Source: Acanthaster planci
Taxonomy: Eukaryota
Direction: 5' to 3'
Assembly (NCBI RefSeq): GCF_001949145.1
Contig: NW_019091358.1
Location: forward strand, 1,116,961 to 1,180,960
Length of the DNA: 64,000 bases
The position numbers and the translations under genes were made by a program. Under the pieces are notes generated by a model, which was not told where the DNA came from, did not search any database, and saw nothing but the letters and a program-made list of their open reading frames with translations. Of the stretch, positions 43,685 to 56,400 are shown piece by piece. The stretch's first letter is position 1; each line of letters opens with the position of its first letter.

Positions 43685-46600
43685 GTAATTTGAATAATTT
43701 CATGTTGAATCGTTAAATTAATTGTTGTTTGACACTGATTTCGAGGGATGGGCTGGGCCCCCTCCCCCAGAGAGCACCAAGATAATACTTTCAAGACGGT
43801 TTAAAAGATCTTTCGCGAACATATTCAACATCTTCCTTTATTCAGATCCTTCGTTTAACAAAATGGCATTGATTATCAACAACGTTTCATTTTAATGTTA
43901 CAATCTTCTAAGCATACCCACAAGTTTGATTTAAATCATATTTGAAAATTCACTCTTCGACAACATAAACAAAACATAGCTATAGAACACATGCTTATAA
44001 GTACTGTACATGTACGTTTACCTGTTCGCACATTGCGTAACTTTGAATTTCCCTCCGAATGGTCAATAGAGGGCAGTACATTGTTCTATTAATTATTCTG
44101 AATACTGGCCCCAAAGTTCGCCCCGCGTTTGGACATGTGAATGTATTATTTTGTGACGCAGTCACCAAATGTTATTTTTTCAGCGAGTCCAAAATTTAGT
44201 TGCATCTGAAAAGTCATTTCCGATATTTTTTTGAGATGCTTGAATTGAAAATTAGTGGAAATTGTGTAAGGTGTGAAACAATTTCTCTGATATCGAGTTA
44301 GAATAAATTCATGGACAATAATTCTGAAACATCGAGTAAAGCTGAGATGAATATGCACACCCCGAATATTCACTCGATTGCGTAATATTTTTTTTAACTA
44401 GTTAAGATCGTAGTTTGCGTTAGCAAGTGCTTGAAAAATGCACATTCCGCCCACATTCCACACTTAGTGTATGTATATCTCCGTACCGTGAATCCTATCC
44501 CATCTCAGGTTTGAAACTGATTTTCCAACAGCCTCAGGGCGTCTAATCATTTTAAATGAGCATTTTCCTTCGGCTTTTCTTTTTCTTTTTTCATTCCTTT
44601 CTAAACGAAACGACCCATTTTCAGTCTAGCGCGCAAGGACCTCAGTGGCGCTTTTAGCTTTCTTACTTATCATTATTAATCCACTCTTTTTTTCCGGAAG
44701 CCACGACATACCCGTCTCCCAACTCATCACTGGCCGCAGCGCAGAAACACTGGATGGCAGCGGCCAATGGCCCAACAAGGCCAGGGCCCGGCACGATCTT
44801 AGCCGCACCGTCACAACAAGATACTCTGTAGTTTGTTTTTATTATTTTGTGGACACGATCTTTTATTAGTGCTTCACGATGCGAGAGAGCTTCCCCGCTT
44901 GCTCCGCCACTAGCACTTGGCGGCATCACGGCACTGTGACTGCGCTACATGCAAACGTGTCAGAATGCAGCGTAGCTGTCGTGGGGGCTGAGGTTTATTC
45001 CGTCAAGTTCTCTGGGTTGCCATGGGAACCCTCAAATCTACATTGTAATGAAATTGTTCTCGCCGTCTGCCTCGCGCCGCTACAGAAATGCTAATAAGAG
45101 CGAACCAGCTGACAGTCTAGAAATTAAAAAAAAAAATCAAATAAGCTGCAGTGGACGTACAGATATACACCGCGGGGGGGGGGGCTGTAATAATTTAGAA
45201 CGATGCTGGGCAAAGTTTGTCTCCTTAGTTACTGCAGCTGGGTTGTGGGGGGAAATCAGGTGCGGATCTAGATGGAGAGGTTTTGGGGTCAAAGCTGCCC
45301 TGACACCAAAATAAAAAAATAAATGAAATAATCATACTAATCAATGAAATGATGACATCTTGGAAGAAATATCGTTTTGTCACCGTGTCAGTAACAATGT
45401 AATGCATTACTTTAATATGTGTCCGCCTGTCCGCAACCATTGGACATTACAAAATTTGACCGGCCTGACTCAACCCCCCCGGAAAACTTCCTTGACCTGC
45501 CCCTGGAAATTGCCAGAATGTTGTCGGATGGATTGAGGAAGTCATTGCCTGTTTTGAATGCTTTAACCTAAAGCAACAAATTAAGCAAAAAAGGACAAGG
45601 AGATATTTTTCTACTTTGAGTGCACACGAAGCTTTCCTCTTACTACCTTGTACAAGTCCATCGTTAAACACCCAAAGGGTCTCTTTTTCGACTCCGTTGT
45701 TTTGTTTTAACGGGACTATGCTATACAATTTATTTTACAACAGCCCTTGAAACTACACCTTTCTGTTTCAATTAACATTATTTCTATTATTTTGCTTTGC
45801 TTTTTTATCTTAATTTTTTGAGTCTTTCTCTTTTTATGCTAATTCGAATTTCTATATATTCATGAGCAATTCTGTGATGTCCCAAGTCCGGCACTAAACC
45901 TCGACGTTGCATTGATTTGTGCACAAAAACGGCTGGAATGGTGTTTTTCATATTTTGCTACTGTAAATTTCTATTTCTTTGACAATTTATTGTTATGTAA
46001 GTATATGACAATAAACCAGCGAGCAACCTTTTCGCAGCAGTCGGAGGAGCACATTTGGGGCTCATACATTTGAATATGAGAACATTGTAAACTAAAGGAG
46101 TCTGCCCTGAGTTACATCACAGCAACAGCGCTCTCACTTGTCTGGAAAAGCTTGGACAATTTTACCGTTTAAAAAGGTGCATTTTGTAATACACGTAGCC
46201 CCAACAGGATTTCAAACAGTTTTCGTACATCGAAGAAGAGTATAGCCTAAAGACGCACCAAATTGTAGTCTAAGAAAAATTCATTGCATGGATCCTTTAA
46301 GTTTTAATTTCTTTTCTCCTCGGGACTTATTTCGCTGCGCTTTAACATCCTGTTAGCACGGAGGAAGACAACCTTGTCACTCCGGAAGAGATGAAATTAA
46401 TATTCCGTCCAGCTCCCCCCCCCCCAAAAAAGCCCTTCATTCCCGCGCCTACTCATTCTCCAACAGTCCATGGAGGAGCCGACTGCATGCATGCGCACCC
46501 ATTGCCGTTCAAGGTACCGCTATACCCATGAGAGGAGCGGACGGGGCGCCCCCGCACTGTCCGCCCACCTCGCGGCCGAGAGAGTGTCTGATTTCTCGCG

Positions 46601-49142
46601 CCTACTAACACTTTCTTGTTGAGATGCCAGTTTCTGAGTCCTCCAAAAACACAGGCCGGTTTGTCATATTCCTCCGGAGAAAACAGAATAATACATGCCG
46701 CATAGAACCGTTTGGTATTTGTACCGAGACTGCTTGACATTTCAATGTGAATCAGGCTCTTTCGTTCCATCTGCACGTGTGTGACTACAGATGGAGAAAA
46801 AAAATGCTATTCCACCGTGTCTGCTAGACTCAAAGGTCACTTTTGCATTTTTGTTTCCAGAATAATCCAAATTTCAGGGTTGAGAATTGACAAGGGTACA
46901 CGTATCGAATTAATGTCTCTGTTTCTACAACCAGGCGTGTTTCTTAATATAGACGTGTTCCCAACCCACCAACAAAAATGCATCGCCAATTCATTTGAAA
47001 TGCTGCGAAACGAGTATTGATTTTGCATGAAGAAAATTTTTCTTTAAATTAAGAAATCGTTCTTGGCGGATACATTTAACGGGAAATGCATCTTTATTTA
47101 TGCGTGCATATCCAAATATTGTGGGTCTGTCAATTTCTTTCCCTGCATGGCACGAACTAAAACAATCTAATTACTGCGCGTGTGAAGAAAGACCGTCCAT
47201 TTACTTAGTTTTTAAACACTTAAAAATGCGGAGCTTTCGAGTGACCTTTAAACGAGGATGCATCGCGAGAACTCCACAGCGATGTATACTGGGTGTGTTT
47301 GGGTTATGCAGCAATGCAATGTACACAAGCTCATCCTACGCATCATCCTTCACCCAACCAACCGTTTATGCTTTTTACGTCCCTTTTTGTCACCTTTCTG
47401 TCATCTCAGTCAACGCAGTAAGATGAATTTATCACTGCCTCTGACTGAGCAAAATGGTGCGAAATAATGCAGTGCTCATTATCTTTGGCGGTGAGGAGTT
47501 GAATCAGGCGGTGATGGGTGGGGCGGGACCGCATGAGGTGGGGGTGCGACTGTCTCATCACCTCATCCGTTTTCATTTCTCTCCTAGTAGACATCGCATC
47601 TTTTGACGTGCTGGCCAAAGCATGCAAACAGCAACAACTCGCGCCATCTTTGATTTAAGGAAACCCATTTTCCCTTTCATGGCAACAGCTATACACTACA
47701 AATAATGATAAGAAATACAAACCTACGAAACAAAAGCTCTGTAATGAATTCGCGTGGTGTGATTCTATATATTCTGTTCACCTAACAGCGCATTCAGCGC
47801 CAATCACAGGATGATTATGAGCGGCAATGAAGAAATGTTGAGTTTCAGATGAAAAAAGGAAAACCCTAGATAGATATCCCAGGGAAAACCCAGGCAATCA
47901 TCGAGGGACCCAACACCCAATTCACATTTGACAACTTAGGTGGGACGTGCTACGTATTCCGACATGATTCTCCAGTGGTACATGTATTAAACTGTTCGTC
48001 CAATTATGATGAAGGTAACAGTTGTAGTGTGAATTTTTTTCTTCTTTTTTTTTCCACAGGGACTGCAGGGTGTTCGTCTGCATTCCTCATCACTGCAGAA
48101 GATCTACCTTCTCAACCTGTGGTCTGTTCACTTCGTTAGTATCAACGCGCCTTCGCTTCGGTTTCTACGCGTGGACACCGGTCTCGAATCCAACGAGCAT
48201 CTGGAAGTGTTCGCAGGGAAGCTACGGACCTTACAGGTGGACGGTAGTGGTGTCTTGCGGACGTTGACCGTCCGCGGCGGCAGGCTGACCACCGCCGAGA
48301 TCCGTCGCTGCCCGGTCTTGGATCCCCGCAGCTTTCGCAGTTTCTTCCTGGAGAATCCCTTCCTGACGGATCTCCTGCTGGGGTGCGTATGCGGTGACGA
48401 GCTGGTCTTGGATCATATCGGCTGCCCTAGCCTGGAGCGGGTCATCCTGCAGGGAGACTTCGCCTGTGGCGGGATGCTCCTCAGATGTCCCAACCTGCGG
48501 GTCATCCAGACGGCAGAGGAGATCGAACTGCCGGCCCTACGGCAGGTCATCATCGTGGCAGATCACCTGCTCAAAGTGTCGCTGGTGGGTCTCCCTGGCC
48601 TCAGTAATGTCATGGTGCAATGTGACAGCTTAGAACACGTCGAAGCCAACATGTGCAGCGATGATGCCCTGTGTTTGCGCTCCTTCGTCGTCCATGCTAC
48701 CCGTTATGTTGGCTTCATGCGTCTCTTTGACTGTTCCATTGGTGCTCTGATGCTGAGCACACCGTGTGCTCACACTGTTGTCCTCTACCGATGCCAGATC
48801 TCGGACTACTCGCTCAAGATGGCTCTGAGTGCGTGCCCCAACATCGTCCACTTGAGCGTGGAAAAGTGCGACACGCTGACTAGCGTCTGCGTACCGTCTC
48901 ACGCCTCCTCTCTCAAGTACCTGAACCTGTTCGGTTGCAAGAGCCTGGCAAGAGTCACCATAGACTGTCACGGCGTGGCAGCTGTGAATTTGGGACAATG
49001 CCTCAAGACGCGGCTCTTCGTCAGGGGTCTGGAGTATGACCTAGCCATGCATCCACTCAAGTATCCGAAGATCGTCTTGCCTCATCAGTCACTAAGATGG
49101 AGCCACGACAGAGTTCCACAGCTTTTCACCATCGCGATGTGA
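42644..49142 (+). CDS. F-box/leucine-rich-repeat protein, two coding exons (42644-43684, 48060-49142), about 707 aa
   Basis: F-box motif FERLPVEVTTRIFGFL...ARVNRRWRKIL...LWREI, followed by Cys-containing LRRs (LTDSDLARIAGNFPGLRRVVLSSCWAVT; ACPNIVHLSVEKCDTLT; LKYLNLFGCKSL). GAG|gtaatt donor and a long polypyrimidine tract + cacag acceptor join in phase 0. Start codon is uncertain. Confidence 0.85.
48060..49142 (+). CDS. F-box/LRR gene exon 2 (LRRs, stop TGA)
   Basis: Acceptor ttttttttccacag at about 48046-48059; frame continuous with the 48171 ORF. Confidence 0.87.
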   Translation, partial: GLQGVRLHSSSLQKIYLLNLWSVHFVSINAPSLRFLRVDTGLESNEHLEVFAGKLRTLQVDGSGVLRTLTVRGGRLTTAEIRRCPVLDPRSFRSFFLENPFLTDLLLGCVCGDELVLDHIGCPSLERVILQGDFACGGMLLRCPNLRVIQTAEEIELPALRQVIIVADHLLKVSLVGLPGLSNVMVQCDSLEHVEANMCSDDALCLRSFVVHATRYVGFMRLFDCSIGALMLSTPCAHTVVLYRCQISDYSLKMALSACPNIVHLSVEKCDTLTSVCVPSHASSLKYLNLFGCKSLARVTIDCHGVAAVNLGQCLKTRLFVRGLEYDLAMHPLKYPKIVLPHQSLRWSHDRVPQLFTIAM

Positions 49143-52100
49143 AACACCGAACAGCAGCCGTAGGCTAGAAATCCAGACGAGTATTCACCGCCGGTCAAAA
49201 ATGCCTTGCTTGCGCCTGAGTCGTGATTGTATCAAGCAAATTTCCTCGTGGCCTATATTCACCGCATAGTTAACATCACCGGACATAAAAAAAACTGTTG
49301 GCGTTAAAAGCGCCTTAAGAGAATGATTCTCTTATTGTAATTTGGTAATCACTACATGTGTATTGGCCCAATGTCATCTCAATATTAAACTTCGATAAGC
49401 TCACTAAAGTATTTCGCCCGATAATCGCTTGGATCTACCAAACAGTTGGCAGCCGCTACTGGACGCATTATGCTGGCATTAAGTACAGACGGAAAGCATA
49501 TCAGTGGAAGAGGTTGGAAGTCTGAAACATTTATGGGCCTGTTTTGAATAACCTAACAACTCTATCCGGAATTTACGACTAGTGATGCAGAAACTATAAT
49601 TGAGAGAAAAAAGGTATAGATTGGAAGGCAATTTTAATGAGTGGGGTATACCGTGCTTTAAAGACAAGGTTTGAGGAAGAGGGATTGCAAAAGGGTTTCG
49701 ACAGGAAGTGGGTGGGGATGGTAGACAAATTGGACTTTACAGCAACAGATTTCATTTGAACATTGAGCTTAAAATTCACTCAAAGTCAAATGAGTTGGGT
49801 TATGATTAAAATGCCAAGATGTAGGTTTAACCCATTTTAATGGGAGGTGGTAGATAAATACGCAGAATGAACTGTGAATCCGACATTTTAGGAAAAGTCG
49901 GATTTTGACTTGAAGATTTTTGTCCTTTTATTTCAATTTCAATGTCATTTACTTTCCCCAGATTTTTCGGAAGGTGTAGTGCACCCACTGACCCTCGCCT
50001 GATCCTCCAAATTCAGGAAAGGAGGCGAGTTTACCACAAGAAAAATCTTAGTTATAACTTAGATGTCAATTCACGGGCAAGAGGGTGAATAATGACGGAA
50101 GTCAATTAGAATTGGTTGTGACTTGAACTAAAATACCGCACAACTTGCGACGTGTTGAAAAAAAATCAGTTTGACAATTGCTTTAAATGATTTATAGACA
50201 ATCAGGTCTTATGGGGCACAGTATACTCAAGCAAAATGAATAAATATGGAATATTTACCAGTGCCATGTAAACCATAATTCGGTTACGGACGAAACGTCT
50301 CATCCCATCTGTCATGTCAGAGAGTTATTGTTATACCACTGCATGAATGTGAAACATTCATTTATTTTTTATATGCAACGTCTCAAAAAAAATCCTGAAA
50401 AAAGATCAGTACATTTCGATGCCTGAGTAAATCCCGAAAATAATATTTCCGCTTGAATAAATCCCTCGAGTTCACAAATGTCTGTATCAGGTAAAAGAAG
50501 AAATGGTGTTTGGCGTTTATCAAGACCCAAGTGGACTGATGGAACTTCAATCCATCCATTTACCTGCGGAATAGAACATTCCATGTTACAATGCAACCGC
50601 ATCATGATTGGGAACGAATGGTTCGATGTCACATGATCAACAATTCACCAGCTAGATGACTGGGATTTATTGAGGCGATGTATTAACACTATTGAGGCAG
50701 TGTGAAACTTGTGTTATGCAAGTCCATAGGTCTATAATTATGGAGAAAAGAGCCACTTTAAGGGGCGTTATACAAATGCGGGGGGGATCAATGTTGTATG
50801 AGCAAAATTCGTTGCTTTTGTGGACACAAGTTATCATGCTGCCAGTCGTCAATATCAGCCCCAAAAGTGTTGTAAAATATTCACTTTGCACAATATCCGG
50901 GTTCGAGGACAGAAGGCTATAGAACAAGACATTTCCCGCCCCTCCCCCTCGAAAGAGGGGGGGGGGATGCTCTGACAAACATTTCTCCACCGCTCAGTTC
51001 GTGTTTACGGGCCCGGCTACTCCTCAACTCAAACAGCGCGTTATAACATTATTGTTGTGTCTGAAAAAAACATTCATCGGATTCAGTGAGCTGTAAACGG
51101 GATGGACAAAAATAAATGTAGTGCTGACGCATGAAGGTGTTTTGTGAACGATTGCCGTGTCACTCTTGCGTATTTCTATCTCGCCTCAGGCATCACACAG
51201 TCTAAAGTAAACAGCTGACATTTTAGTTTTTTGTGGCACAGATTTGCATGAATGGTAACTGATATACTTCATGTGCTTGGAGCATGGTTGTTCCCCCCAG
51301 GGACAGTTGTTACTGCTAGACAGGCGTATGGCTTCTCTTCGGTGATAATTTTGATAAAGGGACTCATTGCGGGCCTTGTGCGCCAACTTTCCCTCCACTT
51401 GTGACTTTTTCCCCTGTTTGATGTGGGCATCAGATACGCTCTAGAACATAGATCTGATTGGCCAAATTTTCCATGCTGCGTCCGATCTGCCCCACATACT
51501 ATCTTCTCACTGTCATTGATCTCCTCTATTATGTAGACGTTGCATGCTTGCTCAGAAAGATCCGATTTTCTGTATGTTGATCTTACCATTATTACCAGAA
51601 CGAGGTAGAAGTGTGGGATATTTGTTCTGAGTTCTCACGGAGTCTTGACACTCAGACCTCCCCGAGGAGTTTTGTGGAGTTGCTTTGAGATTGTTCTGAG
51701 AAACGTTGTTAACGCTTTCGCGAAGTCCCATCTCGCGCAGGAGAGAACAGTTGGCTTTTGTGTCCTCTTTTCTCTTTCTTTTCCTCGGCTTCAAGGATCT
51801 CTTGAATTCAAGTTGGCACAATGCTTTTGACATAACTGGGGTATTCCTTGCACGTACGTTATACGTGCAAGCCTTTCCATTTCTTTGACAAAGATTCTGT
51901 GTTAACCACGTGGTGCAACTCTTGAGGCCTGTCCCCCTCCCATTTATACGTGCACCTTACATAGATTTGGAAAAGAAATGAAAAAAAAGAAGAGTTCTTT
52001 AAGATGACCCAAATGATCTAGTATCTCCTTTCCAGAGAATGAATCCCCTTCAACTGTCCCCTAGCTTGCGGGCCTGAAAACTTGACCCTTGTTCCATGCT

Positions 52101-52633
52101 GTGGCTGGCCATGAGCGGTCTGTGGCAGCATTATCTAGATCTACAGGTGGGTGCGCGACAGCATGAAACACCACAGAGTGTGGGTTGCAATCCGCCTCGA
52201 GCAGAAGCACCTCATCGGTTGAAAAGGGCCGCGTTCGTCGGGAGGGTTAATTTTGTTGGTAGACTGATGCGACTGCAACGCTTGCGATTCATAATTGTTC
52301 GTGAACCAGCGATGCGCAGTTCCTACCAAAGGAGCCTCATTTGCTGATGAAATAGCGCCCTCTGTTGGTCCAGCTCGAGGACCAGATAATGGACAGTAAA
52401 TGACGTGTAAATTCCTTGAGGTATCGAAGGATACTAGGTTAAACATTGGGGTCCATGGAGAGACTTTGAACTTACAGGCTTTTAACAAGGCCTGTATGGC
52501 AAAGCAGTATTTCGACTCCTCACTAGCGCATAAACTTATCTTACAGTGTTCCCTAAGCTTTCATCACTCATCTTTGAATAGAAACTCAAATGATGTAAAT
52601 AAATGCAACGATCGCAGTATACAAGTACATGTA

Positions 52634-52809
52634 CAGTGGAACACTATTATAACAAGGTCCTCCGGACTGTATAAATTACCTTGTTACAATAGTTACCTTG
52701 TATTACCAGTCATGGAAACAAAGAAAAATAAAGACTTGGGACCTAAAACTATCCTCGCTATAAACGTGACTTTGAACCAACAGTGCTCTTCTTATGTGTG
52801 TTCGACTTG
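52634..52809. mobile_element. TA-flanked pogo/Tigger-like MITE
   Basis: ta|cagtggaacac ... gtgttcgacttg|ta. Confidence 0.55.
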
Positions 52810-53308
52810 TAATATGACAAACTACGTTTTATGACTGATGGCAACTTATTGAGCTGGATTATAATTAATTATAAAAAGCCCTGTATTTGGCTACTTGTTG
52901 GTGATTTGAAAATATTCAGGCACGGACCCAAGGGGCAAATTTGACGAAAAAAGGGACAGAGTAAGGGGAAGGGACGGGACGTAACACAGTTAAATGCCCA
53001 TGTGTGCACTGTGCTAAAATCTGCACCTGATATACATGTGCATGCCGTTTTTCAAATGTAAAAACGTCGCGTCGTTTTCAATGGGGACGATCCGAACATT
53101 CAAGTTTGTAACAAGAGTGTTCGTGTCTCAATGATTTGGCTACGACTAGATATAACATGCAACGCACGGATACGCTAGCCAGCCGCTTCATAAAGTTCCC
53201 ATATATACATGTATCTTCTAGTCGTAGCCTAAATAATTGGACACAGCCTGTGTGAGGCGGAGGAGCACGTCTGCTCGAAGTGCGCCCTCATCTTACGCAA
53301 GTTGAAAT

Positions 53309-53318
53309 CAAGATGGCG
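53309..53318 (+). promoter_or_regulatory. YY1-like motif CAAGATGGCG overlapping the LRPPRC start codon
   Basis: Exact match to the YY1 core AAGATGGCG in a CpG-rich 5' region; also a good initiation context. Confidence 0.5.
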
Positions 53319-53458
53319 TCTTTGTTGAGATCGTCGAAGATTCTTCGAGTCGTTCCTGGTTTACTGCGAACCCTACAGGGACAATCGAGCGCCCTGGGAT
53401 CGTCAGCAGGGCGACAGACGTTACGAAGCTCAGTTTCATCTGTTCGAGAAAATGTTAG
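53313..53458 (+). CDS. LRPPRC: LRPPRC exon 1 (mitochondrial targeting peptide [21 protein letters not shown]...)
   Basis: aagATGG start context; AG|gtatgg donor, phase 2, matches the next exon. Confidence 0.85.
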
Positions 53459-56400
53459 GTATGGATCTTAACCAGTGAAATTTCTCCGCAAGTTTTGCAG
53501 TGTCGCACACCGTGGCACACGTGTTTCCTGTGCGTGTGCACCGTTCATGATGATTACCGCTGCAGACTACATGCACTGCAGCGGTTCTGCCAGTGCGATG
53601 CGCGTGTGCGTGCGTTGCATGGCCGGTGCCGTTCCGCTTGGTGGCACCACGTTACCTTCGCTCTTTTGATCAGGGGAGGACCTTCCAGGCCCGAGCCCCA
53701 TAGGCTGACCAGTGTCCAGCCCCCCTACAGCCACATGCCTAGCTCTACCATGTCTACTGTGTCTACTAAGTGGAGCGTTAGAATTCCTTTTTTTCAATTT
53801 TGGACGGGATTGTCATACTAATGCTCCATGCCTGTACATGATATAGTAAGGTTGAAACGGTTCTCAAAAATTCCAAAGACTCACCAAAAATACCTCTATT
53901 GCCACCTACTGGCTTCCGTAACGTACATGTAAATGTAAACGTCAAACGGTTGGGGCTTCAATGATATTTCTAACTTCAAGATCTGACCGTTTTCACTCGA
54001 CACACGCACAGGACTTGAACTTTTCGCCGCCTGTACCTTTCAATTGGCGTAGTGAGATTTATGGTCCTCCCAGAAATTTAAACACGCATGAGTGGCCAGG
54101 CTGTACGTGGTCTGGGAACAAGACTTGTTGATTGTGACGGTTAGGAGTTAGCCTGTTCGATATGACAATATTTCACAATATTTCAATATGATGTTGATAT
54201 CGGATATCTTTTCATTCGTAAAAACACATAAACGAATTAGGATATCGTGCAAATCGATATGCCAAAAATTATCGAGATAAACTCCAAATGATGTACTGTA
54301 CATGCACATTGGGAAGTCAATGCACTGCCTGTTTAGCCCTGCATTACTGCATTTAGGCCACACAAATACTCCATTGAAAACCTCAAACCACAAAGTCACT
54401 GTTGGCCCTAAGTAGCTGCAAGGGTCTTAAAAGTATTCGGGGGGCAGAACCAAACCAACTGACTGTATGCACGTGTGACGTATTGTACAGTAAACTCCAG
54501 CTACACGTAAATTGGCTCTCTCACTCGCGACTCGAGATTGTCATACCGCGCCCCTGTGCTGCACATGTACACAGCCGTTTTCCAATACTCAACTTCGTCC
54601 CTGTCTCGGGCTCCGTCTCCAAAACAAATTCCCTATTGTGGGCCTGAAGCGTTTCAATTAAATTGAAGAACTGTAATGTTTGGCTCTTTTGCATCTTACT
54701 TGATGTTTTGTGCCACTATCAAACTTGCTATTGCGCTTACAACTTCAAAGTTAGGTAGTAAAAAACAGGTGAAGCCTGAAGGGAGATGAAGTTGAGTATT
54801 GGAAAACGGCCTACATGCGACCCCCAAGTGCATGCATGTAGAGAGGGGTCCCTGGTATTGATGTACTCAACCACATGCATACATCAGTCAAGCAGTGTGG
54901 AGCTTATTGCTTCTAGGCAACTGTGGCGAAGGAAACTGATACCGAAGCGTGATATTTTCCTTGCCGACTTACAAGAAGGATTTTTTGTGGTCTTGTAGAA
55001 AAGGGACCAAGTGAAACATTCCGACTTACCGTATGAGAAATAAATGACGACTTAGAAATGACGGTATCAATACCAGTAGCCCCTCTAGTAACATGCATGT
55101 GCTCTGTCCATTTTGGGGGTTACCTTATTGAGTGAACTTTACTGCTAATGTGTGCTGGGAAATGGCTTTTTCTGTACGGTGCCATGATATGATATATGAT
55201 GTCCACAATTTCTATGTTGAAATTTGCTTTCCACCAGCATATAAGAGTTCTAAATGTAGAAATAATACGTGTTAGTATTGATGACAAGGCCAGCTCGGGA
55301 GTACACTACGAGACATGGTGGTTTGGATCATGTTTATTTTATGAATGGAAAATGATGTCAGCACGATAATATCAGATATTGTGATATTTTTTCATGATAT
55401 TACGATATCAAAAGAACTGAATATCGAACAGGCTTAGTTGGGAGTGCTACCAACAACAGTTTCCTGGTCAATACGTCTTGTGCCCCGACTACATTTGGGC
55501 CTCTCCTGCGGTTCGTTAGAGGACCATGTTCGCCCATAGAGTTATTGCATATTCTAAATCTGGCTACACGCATTTGAAAGGTACAGGCGGCGAAAAGTTC
55601 AAGTGCTGTGCGTGTGTCAAGTGAAAACGGTCGGATTTTGACAGATTTTGAAGTCAGAAATATCATTGACGCCCCAACCGTTTGACGTTTGCATTTACGG
55701 AAGCCAGTAGGTGGTGATAGAGGTATGGAATTCCATATTTGCCGCTGCCCGTCGTCCGTCGCCTTTTGCTTTTTGTTGTGTCCCAATTCTGCCTTTTACC
55801 AGTTCCAAACATGCCATTTTCCGTAAAATTAAATTTTTTTTTTTTACATTTTATTTTTTATTACATTTTTTTACATTTTATGTAAAAGGTAGAGTTGGGG
55901 TTCCCATCCCCATTATTATTTTTGTTCAGAGTACGGGGACCAGTAAACAGTCTAACTCGAGGAGCACGTTTGGGCCGTGACTAAGGGCTGCGTTCGAGCG
56001 AGCTACTCGTGTTTGGAAGGAGATACAGAAATGTAATGCGTGCGCACCACACTCGGGTTGAACTGAAGGAACCGTGCTAATGCAGCCAAGCACTACTAGT
56101 CCATATTGCCTGGTACCCAGGTTATGTGTCATGCATGGGTTACCACTGACATTGGTTGACAGTATGACCTACATTTTTACGAACGAATTATGGGGCAGTT
56201 TCATGTCTGTGCAAGTAAAGTATACACACGTGTGTTCATACATGCGTGGCGCTGGGTGGCGTGGGCTGGTGATGAGCGATCAGCCCTGATGAATGCCTTG
56301 GGCGTAATTAACCTAATTCTAACACAAAAACAATAAGTCAGATGCCGTAATCACACATATTGTGTTGATATTTTAAGAGCTGTTATTGATATGTTGGTCG

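Noticed and set aside
43171..43794. Overlapping alternative-frame and antisense ORFs (140 and 200 aa)
   Set aside because: Expected shadows of a GC3-rich coding exon; no domain features.
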